Assembly (NCBI GenBank): GCA_965218095.1
Contig: OZ244587.1
Span: forward strand, 1,216,001 to 1,280,000
Direction of reading: 5' to 3'
DNA from: Candidatus Poribacteria bacterium
Lineage (GTDB): Bacteria; Poribacteria; WGA-4E; PCPOR2b
Length of the DNA: 64,000 nucleotides
Part shown: positions 39,971 through 50,595 of the stretch, in pieces
Position numbering within the stretch: position 1 is the first letter of the stretch
How the letters are laid out: every line of letters starts with the position of its first letter
Made by a program: the position numbers and the translations under genes
Notes under the pieces: generated by a model
Seen by the model: only the letters and a program-made list of their open reading frames with translations
Database searches by the model: none
What the model was told of the DNA's origin: nothing

Positions 39971-42067
39971 CTATTTGATGATGAGCATCTTCCGCGTAGC
40001 AGAATAGTCCCCGGCAGACAGATGATAGAAATACACGCCGCTTGCCATCTGCTCACCGAACTCGTTACGACCATCCCAGTAAATCGCTTTCGACCGACTT
40101 TCGTAGAACGCCGCCATCCGATGCCCAACTTCAAGCGTACGAACAATCCGTCCACTCTGGTCATAGATGGTCAGCGTTACAAAAGCATCCTCTGCCAACC
40201 GATACGGAATCCACGTCTCTGGGTTGAATGGATTCGGGTAGTTTGGCAGGAGTACCGTCTCTTTAGGAGCCAGCGTTGCCAGAAGTCGCTCCAAGAAAAG
40301 AACGCCCCGCTGCGACGTTGCATCCGTCAAGTTTAGTGTTTGCGTTTGAGCCAACCACTGCCCCACGTCTGTTGCCGTCAGCATCGTCAGTGCCCGTGGA
40401 TTTGAGGACGGCGCGGCTGCCACATTCCCAAACGCCCCCGCTACCAACACCAAATCCTGGATGTTCACAATCCCATCGCCGTTTACGTCCGCCACCAGAT
40501 CTAGACCCTCATCCCCGAGATCTGACGCCACCAACACCAAATCCAAGATATTTACGACTCCATCGCTGTTCACATCGGGATCAACGACAGTAACTAACGG
40601 GCTTTGTCCGATCAATTTCAAGGTTCTATCCGAACGTGACGCGGAGCTAACGATGAAGGTAGCAATGCGAGCCGCGGAGGTAGTTGCTCCCGAATTACCG
40701 CCGCCACTGCCATAAGTAACAGTGATTGTATCACCGGGCATCAGGGTCTGAATATCGACTTGAATCTTATGCTTGGTGAACGTTACATCACCAAGCATTC
40801 CGGTTGAGGTAACGGTCGTGTATCCCGGTAGGCCTTGAATCCCCTGTGGCGGTGTCCAACCTGACGCAACGTGGACCGTAATCGCCCCTCCACGCATCCT
40901 GCCTTCGGCGGTATAGGTAATAACCATTTCGGTGCCATCGCTATGTGCAGCGACAGAAGCCGGCGAAACAGAAGCCGCCCCAGATCCGTCTGGGGTGTCA
41001 GGCGGCGCCTCAAACGCCAGATGATTCGACAAAAACTCCAGCGATTTTTCGGCGATGAATGTGTGTCCATCGTTATGCTCCTCGTATTCGTGATTGATCC
41101 CGAGATTAGTCATAGCGCGATCCAGCGCTCTCCCCTGGCGAAGGAATGCAGTTTCGTCCTTAGTACCATGGACGAGCTTAATTCCATTCAACTTCACCGG
41201 CAGATCGAGCGCCCGATCCAATTCATGGATGATGTCATTCTCAATAATGCGCTCCCAGACTTCATCCACGCGCCGAAACCAGAGGCCGTCCACTTCATAC
41301 GGCATATCCAAATAGAAGGGCGGCTTGTCAGGGTTGGGGGCGACCGCCGCCAGATACGCGAGGCCGTTTCGTGCCGGCAGGGGCAATTTATCGAAGAGCT
41401 CCCAAGCCTGGTCTTCAGGCAATATCTCCAAACCGAGCGAGACGATAGCGCCCACAACCTCTACGAAATTCTCAACCCAATAATCACTGAAATTGTAAGT
41501 ACCTGCCTGAGCGACGACCACACTGAATACATCGGGATATTTCAGGGCAAGGTGCATCGAACCGTATCCCCCCATCGAAAAGCCGGTAATCCCTCGACTG
41601 TCCCGGTGGGGGATTGTCCGATAATTGGCGTCGATAAAATTGACCACATCCCTCACAATGTACGTTTCATAATCTCCGATCGTTGGAGAACTGATATATT
41701 GACTGCCGTCAAACCTGTTCGAGCCATCAACGAAAACGGCAATCATTTCCCCAATTTCCTCATTTTGGATCATCCGGTCCATCGCTGATTTGACTTTGTT
41801 CGTCAGGCTCTTCGCGTTTCCGCCGAATCCATGAAGCACATAGATTACGGGATATCGCTTTTGGCTGAACTCATAGCTTGGCGGCAGATAAATCCCTGTC
41901 GATTTGGCTCCCGAATCGCCGATGAGATTGTCCTTCAATGCATCCCAGGTGCGCTGCCACCAAACCAGCTTGCTCCCCTGCGCCAGGGCAGCAGGCTGCG
42001 AGGCCAGAGTGATTAGCAACCAGAGCAGAATGTAAAACGGTGGATTTTTGAGCGGAGTTTTGAACAT
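39971..42067 (-). CDS. Secreted alpha/beta-hydrolase esterase with dockerin and FlgD-Ig/T9SS-like C-terminal domain
   Basis: YPVIYVLHG, GFSMGG, HGTKD..GH; DVNSDGVVNILDL/DVNGDGIVNIQDL; LLPNYPNPFNPETW. Confidence 0.9.
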   Translation of the reverse strand: MFKTPLKNPPFYILLWLLITLASQPAALAQGSKLVWWQRTWDALKDNLIGDSGAKSTGIYLPPSYEFSQKRYPVIYVLHGFGGNAKSLTNKVKSAMDRMIQNEEIGEMIAVFVDGSNRFDGSQYISSPTIGDYETYIVRDVVNFIDANYRTIPHRDSRGITGFSMGGYGSMHLALKYPDVFSVVVAQAGTYNFSDYWVENFVEVVGAIVSLGLEILPEDQAWELFDKLPLPARNGLAYLAAVAPNPDKPPFYLDMPYEVDGLWFRRVDEVWERIIENDIIHELDRALDLPVKLNGIKLVHGTKDETAFLRQGRALDRAMTNLGINHEYEEHNDGHTFIAEKSLEFLSNHLAFEAPPDTPDGSGAASVSPASVAAHSDGTEMVITYTAEGRMRGGAITVHVASGWTPPQGIQGLPGYTTVTSTGMLGDVTFTKHKIQVDIQTLMPGDTITVTYGSGGGNSGATTSAARIATFIVSSASRSDRTLKLIGQSPLVTVVDPDVNSDGVVNILDLVLVASDLGDEGLDLVADVNGDGIVNIQDLVLVAGAFGNVAAAPSSNPRALTMLTATDVGQWLAQTQTLNLTDATSQRGVLFLERLLATLAPKETVLLPNYPNPFNPETWIPYRLAEDAFVTLTIYDQSGRIVRTLEVGHRMAAFYESRSKAIYWDGRNEFGEQMASGVYFYHLSAGDYSATRKMLIIK

Positions 42068-42239
42068 GATTTGTTAGCTTCCTGGTGTAAGAGATACACA
42101 ACTTCTTGGGATGGTTCTGAACCGGTTAATTTCACACTTGCCAATTTGTGTATATTTCGTATTGCGTAGAACATAAAAGAAGTCGTTCTTCTTACGTTTT
42201 ACTTGATTCAAGTTCCAATCTAACTTGACTTTGTATGAG

Positions 42240-42625
42240 ATTAAAAGAGGTAATCGGCAGATCCACTGGTGGCTCCGGTCTCCGACCGAGAGTCTTTGAC
42301 CTGTCTTCAACTCGATTGCCTTCTGCCCCGGGATATCCTCGTGGCGCGTGTTGAGCAGGCACTCCCGCTCGTGGTCTGTCCGGTAGCGCCGTTGGCTGCC
42401 GGGGACGACCATAAGGCGGGCATCGTTTATCAGCGTCAAGTGCTATTTGAGCCGGGTCATGGGCCGGTTCAGGATCTCAAGTTCAACCTCTTCTGTGCTG
42501 TCCCGTTCATTTTTGCCGAAATCCCGGTGCCACCCAAAGCCGTAATCGGCATTGTAGGGATTGTTGATAGAGCAAATATATTTGCTCTCGGAAAAAGTCT
42601 CGTCATTTCCTCTGCTGTTAGGCAT
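42240..42625 (-). pseudogene. PhyH-family remnant
   Basis: GWHRDF..LK*HLTLINDARLMVVPGSQRR in one frame with internal TAG; both termini missing. Confidence 0.65.
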
Positions 42626-43394
42626 CATGAGTCTCAAACAGGCAGCGGACCGCTTCGCTGACACGGGCAAAGGCTTCGACGCTGAGAGCACTCGGAGAGA
42701 AAGAATTGGCCATATAGGGATCATCACGGCGGCGCCAAAAACTCGTGACGGCTGGCCGGTCGTCCACACTGCGATTGAGCGTGGCGCCGTGCCAAAGGTG
42801 GCTATTGAAGACGATGACCGTGCCGGCAGAACCGAGCAATTTAATTTCCCGTGGGTGCGGGGCATTCAGATCATCTATCGCATCTTTTGGGTGTTTGCCA
42901 CTGAGATGACTACCGGGAACCACACGCGTCGCGCCATTATCTTCAGTGAAATCCGTTAGAAGCCATATCGAGTTACACACACAATACGCTCCCGGTTTGG
43001 TGGGTGGCCCACTCTTGAAAGCATCATACGGATAGTCAACATGAAATGCCTGGTGACCACACCCCGGCGGATTCGGCCGCGAATGGATGCCTAAAGATAT
43101 GAAATCTTCCCTTAGCACATGAGCGATTGCGGCAAGCACGCGTGGGTGCGTCAAGCAAATATCAAAATCGGGGGCTTTGTTTTGCATGTTTCCACACTCC
43201 GATGGTCCTCCCTCTTCACCTGTCTTTTCGAGGGCAAACAAATTCTCTATCGCGGTACGCATCTGGGCGATCTGCTCGGAGGAGAGAATACCAGGCAGTG
43301 GTAGAAAACCGTCTCTATCCAACTTGAGTTTCTCCTCCTCGGAGAGGGTATTTTCTCTAACGCCAAGCGCATAAAGCGCTTCTTGACATGTCAT
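42618..43394 (-). CDS. Phytanoyl-CoA dioxygenase (PhyH) family protein
   Basis: QAFHVD, WLLTDFTEDNGATRVVPGSH, LWHGATLN. Confidence 0.92.
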   Translation of the reverse strand: MTCQEALYALGVRENTLSEEEKLKLDRDGFLPLPGILSSEQIAQMRTAIENLFALEKTGEEGGPSECGNMQNKAPDFDICLTHPRVLAAIAHVLREDFISLGIHSRPNPPGCGHQAFHVDYPYDAFKSGPPTKPGAYCVCNSIWLLTDFTEDNGATRVVPGSHLSGKHPKDAIDDLNAPHPREIKLLGSAGTVIVFNSHLWHGATLNRSVDDRPAVTSFWRRRDDPYMANSFSPSALSVEAFARVSEAVRCLFETHDA

Positions 43395-43508
43395 GATGTT
43401 GCCTCCTGTGCCTGAAACGTGGTGTGTGATGTGTGAAACGAGATTCGTCGATTTGCTGATTTGACTCCCTCTAACTCTCCCTTGGTAAACCGAGAGCCCA
43501 AGACCTGC

Positions 43509-44534
43509 TCAATGGGCAGAACCCTCCATCTCCCCATCCTCTTCATCGTGAACCTGTGTTTCACCTTCCACATTCGTCGTCAACTGTAAGAAGACCTCCT
43601 CAAGCGTTATTTCGACAGAACGCATTTCAAGCAAGCTCCAACCGTTTTGGATGATGGTTAACGAGACGTGTGCGCGAATATCCGCACTCAGATCACAATT
43701 CAGATGGAAAGCTGGGTTGTCGCCATCGCTCGAGCCGCGGCTTTCAACATGATTGACACCTGGAATGTTCCCCAGGGCGATCCTCACGTCATCCGCTGGA
43801 CCCGATACCTCAAGATAGAGCGCTTTGGTATCGCCAAGCTCTGTGCGCCCACCATCACCTGCGTCAATAGAAACTGCACGCCCCTCCAATAGCTTCACAT
43901 CGCCGGTGATCCGCCCTTCATTGATCACGATCAGCCGCTCACAAGTCATACTCGCTTCAGGGAGGATGTGCGTGCTGAGGATGATAGTGTGTTCCACCCC
44001 GAGTTCCTTAATCAGTTCGCGGATTTCGATAATCTGCCGCGGATCTAGTCCCGCTGTAGGTTCATCAAGGATGATGACGTCCGGATCGTGAATCAGCGCC
44101 TGTGCCAAGCCAACACGCTGACGATACCCTTTAGACAACTGACCGATAATCTGAACCCGTCGCTCTGTCAAACCACAGGATTCAATGGCCATATCCAATC
44201 GCTCAGCGCGCTTGCTGCGCTGCAGCCCTTTGATCTTTGAAACAAATTTGAGGTAGCCGGTGACGGTCATCTCAGGGTAGAGCGGTACACTTTCGGGGAG
44301 ATACCCGATGTGCTTACGAACCTCCAGAGATTCCTTGAAAACATCGTATCCTGCGACGGTCGCTTTTCCACTGCTCGCCGGCATAAAGCAGGTCAGAATC
44401 CGCATCGCAGTTGTTTTGCCGGCGCCGTTTGGTCCCAGAAAACCGACCACTTCGCCTTGGTTGATGCGAAAGGAAATACCTCTCAAGGCTTGAACCAATC
44501 CATAATTTTTTGTGAGGTTTTCAACTTCGATCAT
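43509..44534 (-). CDS. ABC-2 type transporter ATP-binding protein (GldA-like)
   Basis: GPNGAGKTT, LSKGYRQRVGLA, LDEPTAGLDP, STH; no permease adjacent. Confidence 0.92.
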   Translation of the reverse strand: MIEVENLTKNYGLVQALRGISFRINQGEVVGFLGPNGAGKTTAMRILTCFMPASSGKATVAGYDVFKESLEVRKHIGYLPESVPLYPEMTVTGYLKFVSKIKGLQRSKRAERLDMAIESCGLTERRVQIIGQLSKGYRQRVGLAQALIHDPDVIILDEPTAGLDPRQIIEIRELIKELGVEHTIILSTHILPEASMTCERLIVINEGRITGDVKLLEGRAVSIDAGDGGRTELGDTKALYLEVSGPADDVRIALGNIPGVNHVESRGSSDGDNPAFHLNCDLSADIRAHVSLTIIQNGWSLLEMRSVEITLEEVFLQLTTNVEGETQVHDEEDGEMEGSAH

Positions 44535-44640
44535 TTCTCATTTATCACTTTCTCCGGATGGTTAAAACGGTTTGATATTTGATCTAATCTTCAGTATAAT
44601 TCACCAAGCAAAATTAAAATTTACTTGGTCAGAAAGGGAA

Positions 44641-44937
44641 TCAAATGACATCAAAAGTCAAGGTCAGCAAACCCAATTTCCACCAGGACACTATTTTTTG
44701 AAGCCCGAGAATCCGCGTGATGGAATCTTTAAAATTCTTGAAGTTCGTCTCGGTCAGCAACCTTCGCATTTCGTCTGTGCTGTCGTCTGCCGCAAGCAAC
44801 GAAGCCACAATCGCCCCCGCGGAACTTCCCGCTGTCGCACGAAACGTGATCTGTCTCTCTTCGGCGGCGGCAACCGCGCCCACTAAGGCGATACCGCGCA
44901 CCCTCCCGCCTTCAAAGATGCCATACACTTCAGCCAT
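44641..44937 (-). pseudogene. Truncated patatin-like phospholipase
   Basis: FEGGRVRG and GSSAG present, DGG motif absent, ends at about 98 aa. Confidence 0.75.
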
Positions 44938-45009
44938 GATCAGCCTCGTCCACACAGCAGTAACGTCATCAATAATAGCATACCCTAACACAACGTAGAT
45001 GTCAATCTG

Positions 45010-45888
45010 CTATTTACGTCTTCTACGAATGACAAACACCCGATCCCCTTCACTCCCCAAATACATCTTGCGCTGATCGGGATTGGCGGCGGTAGATTTG
45101 GCAACGACATCCGGGAGATCAAGTTGACACGATGTAATGCAAATCTGATCAGCCTCGACGACGACTTGACGCCACATCATTGGATAGCAGATCGCTGCCA
45201 CCGTGATGGTGTGTAACACACCGTTTCGCTCGTAAACACGGTTGAGATGCAGGTGTCCATGAAATGTTACCAAGAGATGATCAAAGCTATTGAGGATGTC
45301 CAGCACCGTCTCTGAATTATCGATTCGTGCGCCGAGCCCCTGAAACTCTTGAGGAGGTGGACAGATGAGTTGATGAGAGAACAGAAGGGCCTCCTGATCA
45401 GCATCAGCGGCGGCTTGTAATTCGTTCCACAGCCATTCAAGCTGGCGTTCGCCGATATGCCCGTGCGTCAAATCTGTGGGGACCTCCTGTGAATCGAGGA
45501 GGATAAACCGAAGATCCTCGTGGACGAAGCTGGTGTAGGCGAGTCCGTCTACGCCAAAGTGATTCAGGTACGCAGCCTTAGATCCAGTCACGGGGTCAAG
45601 ATCGTGGTTGCTAGGTATGTAGTAGCACGCAGCGTGCAATTGTTCCTCGAAACCCTTTGCTTGCGCTAACGCTGCTTCATGCTGATCAACGGTCGTACCA
45701 AAACTATCCCCACCACAGACAATATCGCCGCCATGAATGACAAATGCCGGCTGAAAATCATTTAATTGTCGGATCAATTCCGTGTAAATTTCAATGCTAC
45801 TCTCTTGCTATTGCGTGCCATCCCCAAAATTCTGTGGAGCATCTGGAAAAAAATGTGTGTCCGTGATGAATGCAAATCGAAAAGCCAT
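45010..45888 (-). pseudogene. Calcineurin-like metallophosphoesterase with internal TAG
   Basis: In-frame upstream start MAFRFAFITDTH at 45888, TAG at 45808-45810, then GGD, SNHD (canonical GNHD), HGHLH. Confidence 0.8.
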
Positions 45889-46092
45889 GTGGTCCTTCCT
45901 GTTTCAAGCAGATTTTTCTTGGCTAATAGTGTACCAGAGTTTTGCGTCTGGCTCAATCCTTTTCTCATATCAGTTGTTGACAATCTGCTGCTAAAAATCC
46001 CGATCAAAGATCGGGCATGGGATCCGTTAGTAACCTTTAGATTTCGACCTGGTATCAGTTTCAATCTTACCGGCAAATCTTGAAGATCCATT

Positions 46093-46121
46093 TTGACAGG
46101 TTAATGAATAGATGTTATAAT
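46093..46121 (+). promoter_or_regulatory. Consensus sigma70 promoter
   Basis: TTGACA-17 bp-TATAAT with TGn extension. Confidence 0.8.
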
Positions 46122-46162
46122 CGTTGACGGTGTTGAAATCTATTGCAGTCATGGAGGAATGA

Positions 46163-47617
46163 ATGATGTGTTTAAGACAAAGGTCTGGTCAATCAAGAGT
46201 TAGCGAAGGGATCTTCATTTGGACCCTCGTGATTATTTTCGGAGGCGGAGGAATCGTCCCCGAAAGCTCGGCAGAACACAACTGGACGGAACAAATCGCA
46301 GTCTTCAAACCGATGGTTGTGAACGTGGAGACCTCTTCGGAGGTTGTGTTTGAAACGGAATCGAAGGGAACAAATTTCGCCACCGGCTTCATCGTTGACG
46401 CAGAACGTGGCCTCATCGTAACCAACCGACATGTGACTGGCAGTAGCCCGTCTTATGTCAAGATCAATTTCTATAACGGCAGCTTTACAGAAGCGAAGAT
46501 GCTTTACTATGATCCGACACACGATTTCGGTTTTTACAAAATCGATCCGGACGAAGTTCTGTTTGAACTTCAGGCGGTGCAACTCGGTTCGTGGCGCGAC
46601 CTGGCCTTGGGAGATGAACTGCTCCTGATCGGCAACAATGAAAAAGAGGAGTATTCAATCAAATTTGGCACAGTCGCCAATCTCAACGTGAACAAGGGAG
46701 ATCGGCATTCGAGCTACATCCACACGACGTTTGATCGCACGGGCGGCTCAAGCGGCAGCCCTGTCTGGAACACAAAGGGAGAGGTCATCGCCATCCATGC
46801 GCGCGGCACCGACACTTCCAGTTTTGAGTTACCTATCAATTATGTGATCGATGCCTTGAAGCAGATCCAGAGCGGCACGCCAATTCAACGCGGAGAAATT
46901 GGCGTAGATCTGGAGTTGATTTCAATCGGAGAGGCAATCAAGCACTTCGGGCTTCCCGAAGCCTCGCGTGCGGAGATTGGCCCCTCGGAAGCAGGGACGC
47001 CGAAAGTGATCCAGATCGAATCCATCATCCCCAAAACGACAGGCGGAGCGAACCTTCGCGCTTCCGATATTATCTATCGGATTAACGAGAAGCTGATCCG
47101 CGACGATCTATACACCTTCGATGCAATACTCAATGAAAGCGTGGAACGAAGTGTTGCGCTAGACATCTATCGCAACGGGAAGGGGTTAACCGTTGAAGTG
47201 CCGACAGAAGATCTTGAGATGAAAAAAGTTCGTCGGTTTGTCCGCTTTGCGGGTTCAATCTTTCACGATATAACCCCCAATCTCAGACAGATGCTTTACT
47301 TTGAGGCAGATGGGGTTTACCTGCCGCATGCGGTTGCTGGGAGTAGCTTTTCCCGTGTCGGCATGCGCGAGCATAATGGAAATTCAAAAGTGGTGATTTT
47401 GGAGATCAACGGGCGAGCGATTAAGAATCTGGACGATTTTATCGGTGCCTGTACCGAGATTTCAGATGGACAGCATACATACGTAGTCATCCGCGACTTC
47501 AACCTGTTTGACAGCTCACCAACGCCCAGAAGTTTGACAATCAATCTGAAGTTTGGTCCGCCCGAAGTGTTCGAGTGGAATGAGGGCAAGCTTGACTGGG
47601 AAAAGGTGGAAGAATGA
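46163..47617 (+). CDS. Trypsin-like serine protease with PDZ domains, Nma111-like
   Basis: ATGFIVD..TNRHV, DPTHDFGF, GGSSGSPV; N-terminal signal/TM. Confidence 0.88.
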   Translation: MMCLRQRSGQSRVSEGIFIWTLVIIFGGGGIVPESSAEHNWTEQIAVFKPMVVNVETSSEVVFETESKGTNFATGFIVDAERGLIVTNRHVTGSSPSYVKINFYNGSFTEAKMLYYDPTHDFGFYKIDPDEVLFELQAVQLGSWRDLALGDELLLIGNNEKEEYSIKFGTVANLNVNKGDRHSSYIHTTFDRTGGSSGSPVWNTKGEVIAIHARGTDTSSFELPINYVIDALKQIQSGTPIQRGEIGVDLELISIGEAIKHFGLPEASRAEIGPSEAGTPKVIQIESIIPKTTGGANLRASDIIYRINEKLIRDDLYTFDAILNESVERSVALDIYRNGKGLTVEVPTEDLEMKKVRRFVRFAGSIFHDITPNLRQMLYFEADGVYLPHAVAGSSFSRVGMREHNGNSKVVILEINGRAIKNLDDFIGACTEISDGQHTYVVIRDFNLFDSSPTPRSLTINLKFGPPEVFEWNEGKLDWEKVEE

Positions 47618-47676
47618 AACGTGATGAGTCATAAGTGAATCCTTGACTCCTTGATTCTCAATTCATAGGAGGGAAT

Positions 47677-49056
47677 TTGATACCTTACAAACGAGTTTAT
47701 CCTATCGTAACATTTCTCTTTGTGTTTTGCCTAATCGGTAGCGCAATTGCAGATGTTGAAATCAATATTTTTCTATTGAATACGGAGTTCTTTTTCGATA
47801 ATGAAGAACCCCACGGCAAAGTGGTTGGCGATTCGGCGCCCATCCCAACACCGGAAGAATATGAAGCCAAAGCCATTGCCGAATTAATCGACGGACATCA
47901 AGCAAATCTCGTTGGGCTCGTCGAAGTGGAAAATCGAGACGTTGTCGAAAAGGTCAGATCTTACCTCACAAGCCCTGACGAATGGAAAATCGCCTTTAAT
48001 GAAGGGAGAGATACTTTTACTGGCCAAGATGTCACCATCCTCACGAAATTTGGGATCGTGCCGGGAAGTGTGACGAACTTCCCAGAGGAGCGTGGAATAT
48101 TCTTCGTGGGTGACAAAGAACAAGATGTAAACCCCTCAAAGATTCTCGGCGTCGAATTGAAAATCGCCGATGATCCCTTCTATATCCTGATTACCCACCT
48201 CATATCTCACCGCAACCCCGCAAATGACGCCAAGCGACTCGCTCAAGCGACCGTCGTACGTCGTCAAGCCGCCAAGGCAATGATCAACGACAAAAACGCC
48301 ATCGTCATGGGCAACATGAACGACACGCCGGGGACGCCGGTCATCAATCGGCTGCGGGGGTTCGATGACATCTGGGGCGACCTTCTTCAGACCGCCAATG
48401 TGGTCGAGGCGAATGAGCGGTATACCTACGTCTACGAAGGTCAGAAAAACCTGCTCGATCACATTCTCATCAGTCCAAGTCTGTGGAACGAGTTTCGCAA
48501 TGTTGAAGAAGGGAAGCGGTGTGAAATTATCGATGTCGGTAAGCTATCAGATCGCCGGGCAATTATCGCGCGATTGCGGATTGTCCAGCCCGTCGTCGCG
48601 ATTGAAACAGACAAAGGCACAATCGAAATCGAGCTCTACCCAAGCGTTGCGCCGAAAACTGTTGCCAATTTTCTCAGGCTTGTCGAAGATAAATTTTACG
48701 ATGGGCTGACCTTCCACCGTTATGTCGAGAACTTTGTGATTCAGGGCGGCGATCCGAGCGGTGATGGCACCGGTGGGCCAGGTTGGACAATCGAGGGCGA
48801 GTTTCAAAATCCGAAGCTCCGCGCAAAGATGCCTCGACATGCAAAAGGGATCGTTGCTATGGCACGGACCGGCGATCCGGACTCCGCAGGAAGCCAGTTT
48901 TACATCTGTCTGGATAAAAACAGATCTCGTTATCTTAGTCTGAACGGGCAATATACGACCTTCGGGAAAGTCATTGCTGGAATCGAGGTCGTCGATCAGC
49001 TTCAGGCGGGGGATGTGATGAAGATGGTACGGCTGCAGGGGGAGAACGGAGAGTAG
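47677..49056 (+). CDS. Secreted EEP nuclease-fold domain fused to cyclophilin-type PPIase
   Basis: N..LVEVEN..THL..GNMND..LDHILIS; C-terminal APKTVANF, FHR, QGGDP.G.G.GG, AMAR..PDSAGSQFY. Confidence 0.88.
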   Translation: MIPYKRVYPIVTFLFVFCLIGSAIADVEINIFLLNTEFFFDNEEPHGKVVGDSAPIPTPEEYEAKAIAELIDGHQANLVGLVEVENRDVVEKVRSYLTSPDEWKIAFNEGRDTFTGQDVTILTKFGIVPGSVTNFPEERGIFFVGDKEQDVNPSKILGVELKIADDPFYILITHLISHRNPANDAKRLAQATVVRRQAAKAMINDKNAIVMGNMNDTPGTPVINRLRGFDDIWGDLLQTANVVEANERYTYVYEGQKNLLDHILISPSLWNEFRNVEEGKRCEIIDVGKLSDRRAIIARLRIVQPVVAIETDKGTIEIELYPSVAPKTVANFLRLVEDKFYDGLTFHRYVENFVIQGGDPSGDGTGGPGWTIEGEFQNPKLRAKMPRHAKGIVAMARTGDPDSAGSQFYICLDKNRSRYLSLNGQYTTFGKVIAGIEVVDQLQAGDVMKMVRLQGENGE

Positions 49057-49062
49057 GGCTGC

Positions 49063-49095
49063 AACCTTCCGAAGGTTTGTAACCTTCGGAAGGTT
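49063..49095. repeat. Palindrome between convergent genes (REP-like or bidirectional terminator)
   Basis: AACCTTCCGAAGGTTTGTAACCTTCGGAAGGTT; related CCTTGAAAAGGTTCGCAACCTTTTCAAGG near 56562-56590. Confidence 0.6.
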
Positions 49096-49110
49096 ATTTT
49101 CTGTTACGCA

Positions 49111-50595
49111 TCACGAGATCCAATCCCGCACGAGTTGTACCAGCAGGCGCACACCGTAGCCAGACGCACCCGTGGGAATGTACGATGAGCCTTTGATGCC
49201 CCACGCCGTGCCGGCAATGTCCAGATGAACCCAGGGATAGCCCCCCGCAAATTTTTTCAGGACCGCAGCCCCGACGATTGTCCCCGCCGTTCCATCGCCG
49301 ATATTTTTCACATCAGCCACATCGCTTTTAATTAATTCATCGTAATCGTCCCAAAGCGGCAGGCGCCACACTCGTTCATGCGTTTTCTCAGCGGCGGCTT
49401 GGATCTTATCCATCAGGTCGTCATCCGTCCCCAACATTCCACAGGCGAAGTGCCCTAGCGCCGTGACGACTGCGCCGGTCAACGTTGCCAGATCGATGAC
49501 AGCTTTTGGGTCATACTGGGTGGCGTAGCCCAACGCATCTGCCAGTACCAACCGTCCTTCCGCGTCCGTGTTGAGGATCTCGATCGTTTTGCCACCGTAG
49601 GTTTTGACGACATCTCCCGGCCTCTGAGCGGTGGCGCTCGGCAGGTTTTCGCTCGCGGCGATCAAGCCGACGACGTGCAGATCGGGTTTGAGATGGCCGA
49701 CGACCTGCATGGCACCAAGCACGGCTGCCGCGCCGGACATATCATGCTTCATATCCATCATCCCTGAACCGGACTTGAGCGACAGTCCACCGCTATCGAA
49801 GGTGATGCCTTTTCCAACAAACACGACGGTGTCTTTTCCCTCACCGTTGGGGGTATGTTCCAGGATAATAAATCTCGGTTCCTCGCTGCTTCCCTGAGAT
49901 ACACCGACTAACGTGCGGAAACCTTTCTCCTTGAGTTGCGCGAGATCAAAGACCTCACATTTTAGCCCTGTTTCATTTGCGACCGCACCCGCCTTTTCAG
50001 CGAGCATCGTTGGCGTCAGGTGATTCGGCGGTTGATTGCTCAGATCCCGTGCCAGGTTCGTCCCATTCGCAATCGCTTCGGCGACCACAACGCTGCCTTC
50101 GACCGCCGATTTGCTTTCTTCATTCTCCACAAGAAACGTGATGGATTCAAGCGCCCTAATCTTGTCGAGGTCTTGCGTCTTGTGCTGATTGAATTGGTAG
50201 AGCGAAAGCAGGCAGGCTTCAGCAGCGGCTTGTACCATCTCTTGCGGTGCTTCAGGCGGCAACGGAATAGCGACGGTTTTGATCCTCAGATTACGGAGTT
50301 CCTGGACAATTTTGCCCACTGCCTGACGCGCTTTCTCTGAATCAAAATCCTCGTTTTTGCCGAGGCCTACCAGCCCAATCCGTGGAGCGGTGAGCCCACC
50401 TCTTGTGTAGAGTAAGCTAGTCTGTTTGAGTTCGCCTTTGAAGTCGCCTGATTCCAGCAATTCGCTAATCGCACCATTGATTGCCTCATCAGCGGCTTGA
50501 GGACCACTGATGAGTTCTTTTTCTTCAAAAACGCCGAATATGACCGCATCGGCTGCTTCTGTCCTGAAATCTCCAATTTTGACGTTAATTTGCAT
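49111..50595 (-). CDS. pepA: Leucyl aminopeptidase (M17)
   Basis: VGKGITFDSGG, MKHDMSG, NTDAEGRLVLAD, ATLTGA, HLDIAG. Confidence 0.96.
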   Translation of the reverse strand: MQINVKIGDFRTEAADAVIFGVFEEKELISGPQAADEAINGAISELLESGDFKGELKQTSLLYTRGGLTAPRIGLVGLGKNEDFDSEKARQAVGKIVQELRNLRIKTVAIPLPPEAPQEMVQAAAEACLLSLYQFNQHKTQDLDKIRALESITFLVENEESKSAVEGSVVVAEAIANGTNLARDLSNQPPNHLTPTMLAEKAGAVANETGLKCEVFDLAQLKEKGFRTLVGVSQGSSEEPRFIILEHTPNGEGKDTVVFVGKGITFDSGGLSLKSGSGMMDMKHDMSGAAAVLGAMQVVGHLKPDLHVVGLIAASENLPSATAQRPGDVVKTYGGKTIEILNTDAEGRLVLADALGYATQYDPKAVIDLATLTGAVVTALGHFACGMLGTDDDLMDKIQAAAEKTHERVWRLPLWDDYDELIKSDVADVKNIGDGTAGTIVGAAVLKKFAGGYPWVHLDIAGTAWGIKGSSYIPTGASGYGVRLLVQLVRDWIS

